A stretch of 63,554 nucleotides of DNA, counting the filler, from Diploschistes diacapsis (lineage: Eukaryota): assembly GCA_023645945.1 (NCBI GenBank). It is 26 parts of 26 records of this genome, joined end to end, with 100 filler letters (N's around TTAATTAATTAA, not from the genome) between each part and the next. Parts side by side here need not be neighbours in the genome. Positions count along the whole stretch, not along the records: positions 1 to 1,036 come from JALAIB010004217.1; positions 1,137 to 2,172 come from JALAIB010004218.1; positions 2,273 to 3,307 come from JALAIB010004219.1; positions 3,408 to 21,548 come from JALAIB010000422.1; 22 more parts are not named here. One strand, written 5' to 3'. How positions within the stretch are numbered: position 1 is the stretch's first letter; every line of letters begins with the position of its first letter. Shown here in pieces: positions 1 to 12,228 of the stretch. The position numbers and the translations under genes are program-made. The notes under the pieces were generated by a model. The model did no database searches. It saw nothing but the letters and a program-made list of their open reading frames with translations, and was not told the origin of the DNA.

Positions 1-444
1 CCGAAAGATTTTAAATAATTTGGTCATACAACGGCTAGTTTTCGCTTAATCTAAATTTTCTAAAATGACTGAAAAATGATGAAAAAGATCACACTATGAA
101 AGTATAACGTCATTAAATGATTTTTTATATTTTTAATGAAATCTACGCATAGAACCGCTTATAATAGTTCACCTAAATAAAATATATTTTGCTTGGTTAA
201 AGCTGATATTAAAAGATTCGAAAATCTGCTTTTTCGAGTCGTTAGTTTTAATTCGCTTAAAAAAGTTAACTGATGACGCAATCAATGTGCAATTTTTATA
301 TATCATAGATATTTGATGGTAAAGTAATATTTTGAAAAAATAATAAAAATAACGATTAATTCCGACGAATTATTGAAGATTTAAACTATTTCTTGGCAAA
401 AGTGGCCGGAATCTGGGGGTGGCCGGAATCCCCGTGAAACACGT
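1..444. mobile_element. Fot1/pogo-like DNA transposon family A: terminus with TIR and non-coding subterminal sequence
   Basis: Ends in GTGGCCGGAATCTGGGGGTGGCCGGAATCCCCGTGAAACACGT followed by TA (Tc1/mariner-type target site). A diverged copy of the same ~440 bp lies at 21649-22082. Confidence 0.8.
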
Positions 445-446
445 TA

Positions 447-1036
447 TGCCGAAATAGCGCTTATGAGTCAGAAAAGTGACGTCATTACGATGACTAAGGA
501 CTTTATTACGAAAGCAGAGAACCAATCAGATCAAAGGGTTAAACGCTTTCATTCTGACAATGCGCTAGAATATAAAAGCAAGGCGCATACTGGCTATTTC
601 GCAGAAAAAGGAATAATAGCCACTTATTCCGCACCTTACGCGCCGGAACAAAATGGTTCCGCAGAGAGATTAAATCTAATCATACTAAATAAAATTAGAT
701 CGCTGCTTATTCAAATAAAGCTTAATGAACAATTCTGAAGGGAGGCGCTCATAACCGCGACCTATTTATATAACCGAATACCTTATTCGACAATAAGTTT
801 TAATACCCCTTACTTCTAAAAAACAGGTACTAAGCCTAATTTAAAAAAACATTCGATTATTCGGTTTACTAGTTTATCGGATCGAGCCAATAAAATCGAA
901 GCTAGATCTTAGTGTAAAATCTTATATTTTAATAAAATATGGATTTAATTAATATAAGTTTTTGGATTAGGTTATTAACAAAATATTATTCGTTAAAAAT
1001 GTGACTGTTTTAGAAGACGTTAAGCCTATTTAGGCT
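447..1036 (+). pseudogene. Ty1/Copia integrase (rve core) fragment, RIP-damaged, abutting the family A TIR
   Basis: Reads VKRFHSDNALEY...YSAPYAPEQNGSAERLN...F*REALITATYLYNRIP, the typical Copia integrase core, with in-frame stops. Confidence 0.9.
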
Positions 1037-1136
1037 NNNNNNNNNNNNNNNNNNNNNNNNNNNNNNNNNNNNNNNNNNNNTTAATTAATTAANNNNNNNN
1101 NNNNNNNNNNNNNNNNNNNNNNNNNNNNNNNNNNNN
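1037..1136. other. Artificial contig-join linker (N44-TTAATTAATTAA-N44), first of 25
   Basis: The same linker, with stops in all six frames, recurs at 2173, 3308, 21549, 22684, 23819, 24954, 26088, 27221, 28354, 29487, 30620, 31752, 32884, 51122, 52254, 53385, 54516, 55647, 56778, 57908, 59038, 60168, 61297 and 62426. Small-contig lengths fall steadily from 1036 to 1029, so the order reflects sorting, not genomic adjacency. Confidence 0.98.
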
Positions 1137-1457
1137 GCTTTTTAATAATCATAAGAAACGTAAATTAAATAAACGAATCGAATTAGAAGATCGTTTTATG
1201 TTTAATATAAACGAAATTCTTAAAATAATAATTCGGGTTAAATCGAATCGATTAATTTCGAAACGATCTATAACGCGTAAAAAACGTCGTCGCGTTTTTA
1301 AAATCGAGAAAGATAAAGAAAAAAAAGATAGATTCGATTTAAATCGATTAGATTCTAATTGCGACGAACAAGTTATATCTAAAAACCGTAGAATGTTAGC
1401 GGTAGTGATTTGAAGTAACCGGAATCTAAAGGTGGCCGGAATCCCCGTGAAACACGT
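1137..1457 (+). mobile_element. Family A Fot1/pogo-like transposase C-terminus plus right TIR (RIP-damaged)
   Basis: KRKLNKRIELEDRFMFNINEILKII...MLAVVI* ends at the TIR and TA. Further copies lie at 28216-28353 (-), 28457-~29200 (-), 29587-29973 (+) and 2273-2500 (-, internal part). Confidence 0.8.
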
Positions 1458-2500
1458 TATAAGAATATACTTCGATAACGAAATCGAAAAGAAAGACAAA
1501 CCGGCTAACTAAGACGATGTTCGTTAATTAATCAACATATATAAACAGAAAACGGCCGGTTACGATAATAGAACGATATTGTTAATATTTCTTATAAATC
1601 CATTATATTAAAGCGCCGATAAGATACAAGCGATAACGCGCTTAACGCGATAAGGCTAGATTAGGTATCCTCAAGTCTATAAATTGGTTACGACATAGGT
1701 TAAAAAATATATATGAGTTCGGCACGAGTTCGCGAAGGCTCTGACGAAAAAATCTTAAGATATGTCCCGAAACGAACTAATAATTAAGATACTAAATTAA
1801 GACAGAAATAATACTATTAATATTACAACTCGTAATCTATATTGGCATTAATTAATAAATAACGTGCATATTATATGCTTTAGATAGTCTATAGGACCAA
1901 TAATATAAAGTATCAAAAATAAGCATTTAAACTAATCTTGAAAGTAATTGACGCTAATAGAAGACATATTAAGTCCTATTAGATCAGAGGCGGCATCGAG
2001 GGTTCAGCAGGTCTATAAGGCCTATAAAAGAAGGCCATTATAGCAGCAATGTATTATTATTATAAAGATCTAAATAGTATCTATAAAAGTAGCTATATTA
2101 AATCGCTATTAGCACCAATCTAATAAAGAACACGATATATTAGACCTCGTGATTAACGTAGAATTTACGGTTNNNNNNNNNNNNNNNNNNNNNNNNNNNN
2201 NNNNNNNNNNNNNNNNTTAATTAATTAANNNNNNNNNNNNNNNNNNNNNNNNNNNNNNNNNNNNNNNNNNNNCTCGAATAACGTCAAATCAGATTAATTA
2301 ATTTTAAAACGGTTCGTAACGTTTAATTAAATTTTTTATTAATCTTTCGTAATTCGATCGTATTTAATAAAAAATTATATAACAAAAATAAATTTAAATC
2401 AAATTAATTCGAAATTAAAAAAAAGTTATAAAATAAAAGTAAATAGATTCGATAAATCGAAAAAGTTTATTAAACACGATTATAAGATTAATAAATTATA

Positions 2501-2600
2501 ACGTATATGTATAGCGAGCGGACACTCATAGCGAGCGGATACCCCCTATTTAATTTTACGAACTTTTAACTTTTGTATTAATTTTCTACGCGTACGATTA
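2501..2600. mobile_element. Fot1-like DNA transposon family B terminus
   Basis: TA followed by ACGTATATGTATAGCGAGCGGACACTCATAGCGAGCGGATACCC. The same TIR occurs at 59202 and, reversed, ends at 60148. Confidence 0.75.
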
Positions 2601-5214
2601 TGGAATCATTTGTTGTATAGGCACAAATTATTAGTGGGAATGAAGATAAGATTCTAAAAGGCTAGGTGGGCCAGCGAGCTCTTATAGTCACGAGGCGTGG
2701 ATGCCTGGCGGCATCGTGTCGTCAGCAGCGACAGCAGCGAGGGTAAGAATAAGCGGGCCCAGTAAGAACAAGCGAACTCCTTAATAGCCTATAGCTACTA
2801 CAATATCCACCAAGATAAAAAGCTTATGTCTCTATAAACAATGTTTTTAACAAATATTAAGATAACGAAACAAACCCTCGATATCTAATCTAAAAGATCC
2901 TAGCAATATAATTTATATTATTATTTTTTCTTTATCTTTAAAGCAACTTTTGTTCTTTTATTAAGCTTGCTTCTATCTCGTAAACATGATTTTAGTTTTA
3001 TATCTTTTGTAATCCAGTCTTTACAGCGCCGGCGTACCTTACTTCGAACTCGAGGATCCGGTCCGTTGAATGTCGCTATAATTCTCGTTCGGTGATCTAT
3101 ATGTTATCGATAATATCGTATCCGATTCATCATATTAAATATTACGTATTCTATCTATATCCTTTACGGATGCGGCGTTTAGCTAGTAGTCGATCGATTT
3201 CGTATTCTTCGTCTATCTTTATTATCATAAATAACGGCGGTAAGGATCGTCGACAATAAAGGTCGCTAATAAGATCTAATACCGGTTCCAAATATACGAT
3301 ACTAATGNNNNNNNNNNNNNNNNNNNNNNNNNNNNNNNNNNNNNNNNNNNNTTAATTAATTAANNNNNNNNNNNNNNNNNNNNNNNNNNNNNNNNNNNNN
3401 NNNNNNNCTAGAATATTAACGTTTTTGGTCTCGTAACGGGCGGTAAATCGGCCTAAGCGTCCCGTTTATCCAGCTTTAGATCCTTTCTTCGTTCTTAGTT
3501 CTTTTTAAATCATTTATATACGCAGCGAGTCGATCTCGCGTGTAAAGGCGGGGGTTCTATTTTAGAAGAAGATCGAAAGCGTCGTAAAAGATTTTTATTA
3601 TATTTAAAAACATAATAGAAAGTTAGGTCCGATTCTGTCTAAAAACGGTAGAAAGACGATAAAGGGGCGTAAAGGAGGCGAGGCGGAGGTAAAGGAAGTA
3701 GAATCTTTTTTCGGGAGAGGCGATATGGCGGAAACGGAGGGGGGTCGAAAGAAGTTCTCGCAGTAGAGGAATAAGGCGGCGAATTTTTGCTTTTATAAAT
3801 CTATATGTAAATTAATATATAGATTATTAGAAGGGGGGGAAGAGGGAGAAAGTAAACCTGAAATAGGTCTTGAGATTAAGCGTAGGCTATATGCGTTTAT
3901 CATTAAGGTCGAAATTGAGGAAGGGATAGGAAAGAAGAGGGCGGAAAGGGCGACGTAGAGTTTCGCGTTGGTTCTATAAATACAATAAATATATAAAAAT
4001 AACGAGGGTCTTGCGGCGCCTCGAAACAGGTATTTATGAAAGTAAAATGGCCGTATTTCAGGCCTTGATAATTACGTAGAAAAGAAAGAAATTTATTAGG
4101 AGGACAATGGCATTTGATATCCTACCTGATTGGGACTAGCTCCCACCAAGCTATTAAAAACTACCCTAAGCCTATCTGGGAAGCCCGCAGCGCCACAACG
4201 CAACCGCAGCGACAGGGGTGCCAAACCTCTCTAATTGATCTTTCCTTACATTGACAAGCCAGAGATGGCAGTAGCCTTCCCGTACAACTAGCATACAATC
4301 ACTTTCAAGACCACTGGTCCAGCCAACGGTGAGTACACTTGCTTGAACCAAGCTTTCTGGCCATCTCCGAACCGGCCAGATCTTGTCTACAGAGTAGACA
4401 GCTCGTTGTGAAAGAGCCCATTTGTAGAAAGACGAATACTCAAGACAAAGTAGTAGTTAGAACTCTCTAGGGCTTCATAGTTCTCGCCTCGCTCTATGAT
4501 TGGGCCGGAGTAAAGCGCGGACTTAAGCAGGTCGGCTAAAGGAATCAATATTCACAGGCCACGACTTCCCTACTCTCTTGTATTGTATCACGATACATGT
4601 TGTCCATGTTGTCCACGCTGTGTGTCGACACTTCGTGCTACTTCCATATTTTGGAAAGGTGTCGAGACAATTGGAAAGCACCCCTCGTTCCGTGCCTGCA
4701 CATATAAGGTCTTGTGTAGGCCGCACTATTCATCGGGCAAGATGAGCACCATACGGGACCGGGATTGGCAGCGATGGCTGACAACTCTGACCCATCTCTC
4801 TCGGTCCCCTCCATACCTACGCAAAAGGCAAACACGGGCATCGCAGCTTTGATCCAAAGCGCTTGATTCACAAACACAAGACACCGCTGGGCAGATGTGG
4901 AAACCGACTTTTTCGAACTCGCCTCTGAGCGAAGGCAACCCTTCAGAGGTGGGCAAGAAGTTCACCTGCTTTCATCGTTTTGCCTGCCCGTTCTATCAGC
5001 ACACACCCCGTGTCTCTGTGCTGTCCAAGCGCACGGTACTTGGACCTTTACTTCATTCCATTCCTACAGCTCTGGGGAGAGTTTACTTCCGGATCTCTTT
5101 ATTTCCGTCATTTCCTATTTCGACGGCCTACACCTATCCTTCGCTGCTCTCGAGTACATCTCTCTTCCGGCTTCGATCTTCATCTTTCTCCATAAATCAC
5201 GGTTTGCCTTATCT

Positions 5215-6244
5215 ATGATGACGCTTGCGATCTGGGACGCATTGCCGGCATGGGCCAAATTCACCATAGTAAGATGAGCCGTCTGGCAGAAAAGTCGATG
5301 CCACTGACAAGAAACAGATCCTCTTCTTTCTCTTCGTGGGGGCTAGCTCGATAGGTAGCCTGATTTTGCGACTGACGGTTCTAGCTTCTTGTTTCAGGCG
5401 CCGCAGCTGCGAAACGTTACTATGACAACGCTCAACTCCGACGGTACGAACAACTCGAGCAGGAGAGCCTCGAGCTGAATGGTTACGAGCTGCGTTCCCT
5501 GCGCCGCAATACCGAGCAACCCGATGATCTTTTCGGTACTAGGCTCATGGAACTTCGCCTTTCAATCGAAGGACTTTCGACGTTCGATAGAGACACGGGA
5601 CATGTATCCGACGGCACTAGCTCCAAGAAAAAAGGCAAGGAAGTTGTTCGTACTGCTGGTCGAAAACCCGTACCTCGCCGTACCCGTGAGAGATCATCGC
5701 TCGGCTTGATCGATGGAAAGCGACCAATAGGAGACAATAGTTATGTCAAGTACATCCCCGGGAAGAAATCACTTCTGCAAATCCAGAGTTCTCAGGAGTC
5801 GATTCCGGACTCCGAATGTGAATCATCTAGAAAGCTGTAGGTATTATGGCTAATTGCATCTCAGTTGTCAACTTCTCCCGGCCGATCCAACGCGCCCCGA
5901 CCTCCGGCACTGAACCTCGTGAAAGTGCCAACAATGGGGACCCCGGTCCGAGCACCTCGGCTTACAGGGAATCCCTGCCCAACCGCGATCTTGACGGCAC
6001 CACCTCATCGCTCAGCGCCGCTCGGTCTCAATCTTCGGTTTTCCGCCCCAACTCCGCCAATGCTGGCCGCTACCCCGCCAACGAACGCTTCAGCGAACCT
6101 GATCAATCACTCGGCGAAATCGACATTTCCGACTATGAGGAGGAGCCTCCCGCTCGTACCCCGCGTTCTCCAAGAACCGGTCTAGGAATCCAGCGTCGAT
6201 CTGAAGTGAAGCGCAGAGACAAGCTCCCAGTCTACGACGTCTAG
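5215..6244 (+). CDS. Conserved fungal single-pass membrane protein, 4 exons (5215-5268, 5318-5354, 5398-5817, 5865-6244), 296 aa
   Basis: Three GT-AG introns with CTGAC/CTAAT branch sites splice into one open frame: MMTLAIWDALPAWAKFTI|ILFFLFVGASSIG|AAAAKRYYDNAQLRRYE...DDLFGTRLME, then a disordered tail. It resembles a Pezizomycotina family of unknown function (recognised from memory). Confidence 0.75.
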
Positions 6245-6924
6245 GTAAAGATAGTTCTCGCAAATATCACACGGATGTGGGGGCTTCTACGGCTTCACAA
6301 TGGACGCGAGGCTACGATTCTGATGTGGGAATGATTATCGGAATGCAGTGACATGAGAGAGACACGAGGTACGACTCCGTAAGGACAATGGGATTAGCAT
6401 GTGGCAATAAGCATGTGGCGATACGTCGAGTCGAGGGTAGATAGTGTAACAAGGGCTCTGGGTCCGGGTTTTTGCCATGCTGCAGCAGACCATGTCAATA
6501 AACTCCAGAAGCCTCACCGCATACAGCGAATGCTTCCCTCAGAAAGATAATCGATGAGAAGCAGCTGATGCTTTCCCTAATACAGATAGTCAATGAGAAA
6601 AGGGCCAATGCTTCCACGGTGTGTGTTTAGTTATGCTGTGCTCCATGTTCTGTAGCCAGTCGTTCGCAGCACGAACCCAAAAAGCAGATTATGGGGGAAA
6701 ACTCTCGGGCAAGTACATGTTTCAGTAGACGGTCTTTCCATCAAAGCTAGCGAGCCTGAACTCCCTTCCAGAACCAGGTATCCATGCATAGGCCGCCTTT
6801 CCCTCGAACGGCCTCCCAAGTAGAGAGCCCCCACACCAACGCCTCGCAGTTCTCTCAGTATAGACGGAAAAAAAGGGGGCACAAGCACAGGCGAACGAAG
6901 CCAAACCACAACTCCTGCTTCCCT

Positions 6925-8103
6925 TCATTCTTTCTCCAAATCCTTCGGACTGGGATCACCAATTCCATCCTCGTTAATCGCAAACAAACAGTCACTCTCG
7001 GGCAAGCAGGGCGAATCGTAAATCTTGCACACCCTTGTCTCCCCCCTCCCCTTCTTCAGACTCAACCGCGTCGTGCTCGCATGCGCGATGATGTTCCCGC
7101 CGATCGGCTTCTTCGGATCCGGATTGAACATGGCCGAGGGTCCACCATCAACCTGAGCCACGACCTGATTCGTGATCACGACGGCGACGCCAAACTCGTC
7201 CGCGAGGCGCTGCAGCGTGCGCAGGAATTTGGCGAGGTGCGTCTGGCGGCTGGACAGCTCGCCGCGGCCCGAGAAGTCCGTGCGGTACAGGGAGGTGGCG
7301 GAGTCGACGATCAGCAGCGAGAAGCGCGTCTCGCACATCATGGCGCTGGCCTGGTTGAGCAGCTGCAGCTGGTGGTCCGAGTTGTAGGCGCGCGCGTACG
7401 CCACGTTGTCCAGCACCTCCTCGCCGTTCAGGCCGTAGCGGTTGGCGACGGCGAGCAACCGCACGGGACGGAAGGTGCCCTCCGTGTCGATGTACAGGCA
7501 TTTGCCCTCGCCGCCGCCCATGTCGAAGGGCAGCTGGCAGGTAACGGCCAGGGTGTGGCAGATTTGCGATTTCCCGGTCCGGAACTCGCCGAAGATCTCC
7601 GTTATGCTGCCCGTTTCGATGCCGCCGGCGAGGAGCGTGTCGAGCTGCTTGCTGCCAGTGGTGATGGATATGAGTTCGGAGCGGCGCTGGTGCATCTCCG
7701 TGGCGGTGGTGAAGCCCATTGGGACATGCTTGTTTGCTGTGGGAGAAGGCTTAGCGGACGCGGGGAGAAGCATGGCAAGGACGTTGGCGAATAGTCAGAA
7801 CGCAGTAGGAGTAGTGTTACCTTCAAAGAGGAACTTGGTAGCTTTTGCCTCCGATATACCCTTGACCTGCTCCAGCTGGCGTTTCGGCGTGTAGGCGATG
7901 GACTCGATGGTATAGAAGCCACCTTCTACCATGCAGGCTATGTCGCGCTTTGTAATGCCACCGATGCCCTTTAAGCTGTCAGCCGGGTGCCTCAGCTACA
8001 GGATATAGCATCCCACCTCGAGCTTGAATAGCTGGGTTGGTGCTCCCGGTTGTCCTCCCTCATCTTCGCAGCCTGCCTGCGACTCGGCCTCATCTGCGCT
8101 CAT
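6925..8103 (-). CDS. RAD51: DNA repair recombinase Rad51, 3 exons (8103-8017, 7968-7821, 7736-6925), 348 aa
   Basis: Walker A GEFRTGKS, Walker [18 protein letters not shown] and [13 protein letters not shown] are present. The N-terminal HhH region ([19 protein letters not shown]) is recovered by splicing two GT-AG introns. Confidence 0.98.
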
Positions 8104-8607
8104 ATTGATGTGGTACCTAAGAAGGTTGGTTCAAACCTTGCTTGTTGTACCAGTAGGGAAAAGAAAACTTTGAAGCCGTAGGAAACGTGACTATCTCAGG
8201 TTAGGCTCCGCAACAAACGTCGTAGATTTAGATTTGGAGCGTAGATTTCAATTAGGTAGGTTTTGCTGCTGATAATTATGCTCGCTAGTTGCGCGCCGGC
8301 TGATGACGGCTTGAGATTAAGCCCTTTTGGATTAGCCTTTAATGCTAAGCCCTTTTGGGCTAAAGGCTGACAACATATTACGGGTTCGTATCAAACTCTA
8401 TACGCGGCCATAAACAGCCGGTTTAAATAATTACGAAACAAAAAACTTTTTAATGTAAAGAAAATCTTGTATCGCTTGTATATTAAATGCACCAAATATA
8501 AAAGATGTTATACATAAAATAAATCTGAGTTCTTTCGTCAATCGAATGCGACTCGATTTTAATTAAAATCATGATTATCGCGTAGCTCGTTTAAAGCATT
8601 TTAAATA

Positions 8608-8666
8608 GGAGATATTTAATAGGGTGTATAATAAGGCCCTTTGAAAACTCCGTAGGGGGTCGAAAA
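8608..8666 (+). repeat. 59-bp segment with an inverted copy at 15476-15534
   Basis: GGAGATATTTAATAGGGTGTATAATAAGGCCCTTTGAAAACTCCGTAGGGGGTCGAAAA against the reverse complement of 15476-15534 gives 49/59 identity, ungapped. Confidence 0.75.
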
Positions 8667-9265
8667 GCGGTTAAGGAATAGTAGGAATGCTGGGGATGCT
8701 GGAGATGCTGGGGTGGCAAAATGTGTTTGTAGCGTGTAAAATAAGCTAAGTTAGCGTAAAATGAAACAACATGGTGTAAATTTCGTAAGCAAAAGTTAAA
8801 TTGCTCCTTTTATATATAACCTTTCAGCCCCAGACTCCATAACAGCTGATGGATGAGTCAACTCTCGCTAACCCGAATGGGGGCTTAGACTCTTGGCGCC
8901 GGCGAAGCCTGGCGCATCAGCTATAGGGTCTGGGTAACCTAGACTCATACATACGTTGCCCAAAAGTATTGAACGGTCTATCCCATTTGACGCAAATTTG
9001 TACAAACATGGGTCATGATCCATCATGAGCCGGGATATCCTCTGCTCCAGACAGATTTACCGACGGAGAAACTCACTAAAACTTGCTGGAGCTCAATATG
9101 ACACCGGTTTGTGACCCGTCATAATAACTGATAGTGATTTACTTCTCTCATTTCTTAAAACCTAGTTGTACCGTACCTGCCCCAGCATTCATACGCAACT
9201 CATCTTTGCAGAACCCACCACTCTAAAAATTGTATGTCTTCCTTTCTTATCCATACAGTACTAAC

Positions 9266-11760
9266 ATGACTAGCCTCATCGTTCCATTAACGCCGCCATC
9301 CGCCAGCAGAGCCACATCAGTTATGGCTACAGAATGGATAGCCAGCGAGTCAGTGGAGAACAAAGTCATAAAGCAAGCTAATCCGTACTTGTTTACTGGT
9401 TCTCTGGCCAAGAAACAAAGAGTACAACTCTACCCAGCACCGCTCGTTGATGAAACCTTGGCCCAATACGAAAGCCTCAATCCAACTCCACTGTATGCTA
9501 AGTGTCCATTCGAAGAAAACAGCGATACAGCCAGACTGGTGATGTTCTTGTTACGAGAGACCCAAGAAGTGCTTCAAGAGTACAAGCAGTATAAGGAGAT
9601 GACAACCAAGCAAGGGTTGGCGCTAGGCAAAATGCGTGCGATAATTTGTTGAGTACCAGAAAAACAACCGGAAGATTTACAAGGCAAATTTAGTCAGGGA
9701 CATGCTGAGATCTATCAAACCTCGCAAGGAGTAAACCAATGTCAATGCGCCCGACACGAATGACCTTGCCCGCTTTATGGACTAAGGAGCGCTTGGATGA
9801 CCTAGGGTGTCATTCCAATTTCAAAGGCATTCTTCAATCGTATGTTCAAGTATGTTTTACTTGTGATACTTTACCATACCCGACTAATATCTATAGCTTA
9901 ACAACGACCGCAATCAAGCTACACACGAGACACACTATCAGTTTGCAAAACTTTTGCTGGATAGTTAATGAGCTGTGGAAAGCAGCCCTTAGTTGGTTCT
10001 TTGGTGGTAAAACACTCGATGATATCGTGGCAGATTAAGAGTAGTGGGTCTGACTAGAGTCCATATGGCCGCAAACTTGATAAACGGTGGATAACACCTC
10101 ACCTACTGATTGGGATCTCAGAGTCTGGGGTAAGAAGGTTTGCTCGAAACCTACATGGCGATTAAAAATACCAAAAAATACCACCCGAATGACCTCAAGG
10201 TGTGCGCACAACTGGATCCAGACTAGCAACAAGCGATTGAAGCGGAAAAAGCGAGATATACTATAGATTAAGCTTCGTTCCTAGAAAAAAAGGCGGTGGG
10301 CCTGCAGCAGAGAGTTTAATCAACATGATTTTGAGCAAAGGAAATGTACCAAAAGAGCTTAAGTAGAAAACAATAAGAATATAAACTCTTATTAAGCATA
10401 AAACTAAAAGTAACTTAAGAAAAGTCTTGAAAGTCTACTTCATTTACTAACTCCTCCATCTCACGTACACATTTCTAATTCGCCGTGTCCGCTACCAACT
10501 TTTCGTTTTGACCTACAACACCGCGACGAAGCAGATCATAACGAAACCAATTAGACCGCTAACATGCCTCCCAAGCCCAAGAAGAACAAAGCAGCAGGCC
10601 TTACGGAAATTAGGGAGGGTAACAAGAACACAAAAACTGAGGAGAAGGCGAGGAAGGGGACAAAACCCTCGAAAATCCTGAAGAAAATGGTCAGAAGACG
10701 AGGATACCAAAGAGAAAAAAGAAAGATGCGATGACCGCCGAGGAACCTGTTAACCAGATTGCCAATTCGCGTTCTAGGGTAGCAAAAAAGGTATACAACA
10801 GACGTAAAAAGTTAGCGTGTACCTTAAAGGTTGACCAAGATGCTGGCCCTCGAACTCCCCTTAAAGAAATCTTTGACCTAGAGAGACTTTGACTCCGAGC
10901 ACCAACCTACAATTGGCGTAGACCTATCGAGGCAAGCAAGTTTCGCAATCAACCAGAAACATAGCGAGCTGAACGACAAATCGGATACTTACCCGCCTCA
11001 TCAAGCTTCTATTTTAGTGATCTACTATCGGGTCCCTCTAAGCTATGCAAAAGAAGCCGTCCAGATCTTAAGCCAAATCTTCCGCACCATCCAACATAAG
11101 CAAATCGAGTTCATGACGGTATTTGAGCATCAGAGAAGCGTACCACAACTAACCATGAAAGACAGTCTCCTCCTCATCCGATACCTTAATAACATCGACA
11201 AGCTTAAAGAGAAATGGCAGCCCCAGTCTATCAGAAATAGCAGAAGGCAGCACTTAAGAAGAATAATGAACCATCCTTATCAGAGGCCTTGACGGCGACT
11301 GCGTTCAAAAGCTTCTGAAAGGGGCCAATGAATTCGTGAAGAAGGCAGACCCAAGAACGGCATATGGAACCACTATAGTGCAATGGCAGGAAGGTTATCC
11401 ACCCCTGATGAAGCATTTGAAGGTATCAGCCACAAACCGGAAGGCCATTCGACGACATATGGAGCTTCAACGACTTCCATTGACCATCAGTGGCGGCATC
11501 GAAGCTGCAAACTTTGTGGCTTATTACGACATCAGCCTCTCGGAGTTCTGGAATAACGAGCTAGAATTTTTCAAAAACTCGCAGACACAGACATTATTAC
11601 ACGATGTTCTACATCTACTAAACACGCAATCGACGATCGCAAGGAGCTGATGGCAAAGTATTGACAATATGGGCTGCTTCTCGAACTGGAGAAGTAGGGG
11701 ACTGAGGGGACTCGGCCTTTTGAAAGAAGGGGCATTGTCAGGGATGGCGATTGGCTCCGT
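9266..11760 (+). pseudogene. Two decayed ORFs of unknown type (MTSLIVPLTPP..., and MPPKPKKNK... from ~10564) ending at a PPT-like tract plus TG; possible non-autonomous LTR-element relic
   Basis: Long coding-like stretches are broken by stops and frameshifts. GAAAGAAGGGGCAT-TGTCAGGG near 11723-11745 resembles a polypurine tract followed by an LTR start. No RT or integrase motif was seen. Confidence 0.4.
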
Positions 11761-12228
11761 TATGTTAAGGATAATGGAGACAATAACGACCTCCTAACAG
11801 CAGTGTTTATTACCTAGCTAGCTTAGATCAAGCTGCCATGGTGCGGATGGATTGCTCTGCACAGAAACTTTGCGCAATAAACCTACCTTTTCTGGTACAG
11901 GATCCAAGTCTCAAGTTTTTTAGAGTTTTCTTCAATCCAATACTAGCGAGCTAGTGCGATAAATTGAAGACAGCGACTGTTAGTGTACGATTCGGATTGG
12001 CGGCTTCATCATATCCTACATGGCAAGCCAGAAACCCAAAAGCACAATTGCTGATATGAGAAATTCTTGTCACCAGTAGTTACTCTCGTGGCAGGCGCAT
12101 TGGAAGCAAACAAAACCCGTATCCAGAGCATCTAATATTACCTAGCCATACCTTGGGTCTTCTCGCCTTCTTTTAGGAGGTTGGCGATAGTAGTTGGGTG
12201 ACTTATATGGCCAGAAGCACGGGTCTTC

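Noticed and set aside
4107..5200. Possible RIP-damaged gene (MAFDILPDWD*LPPSY*KLP*) and short Cys-rich ORFs
   Set aside because: The stops fit CAA/CAG>TAA/TAG changes, but I could not build a coherent frame or recognise a domain.
6784..7794. 336-aa ORF antisense to RAD51
   Set aside because: A shadow ORF caused by high GC3 codon usage in RAD51 exon 3, with no recognisable motif.
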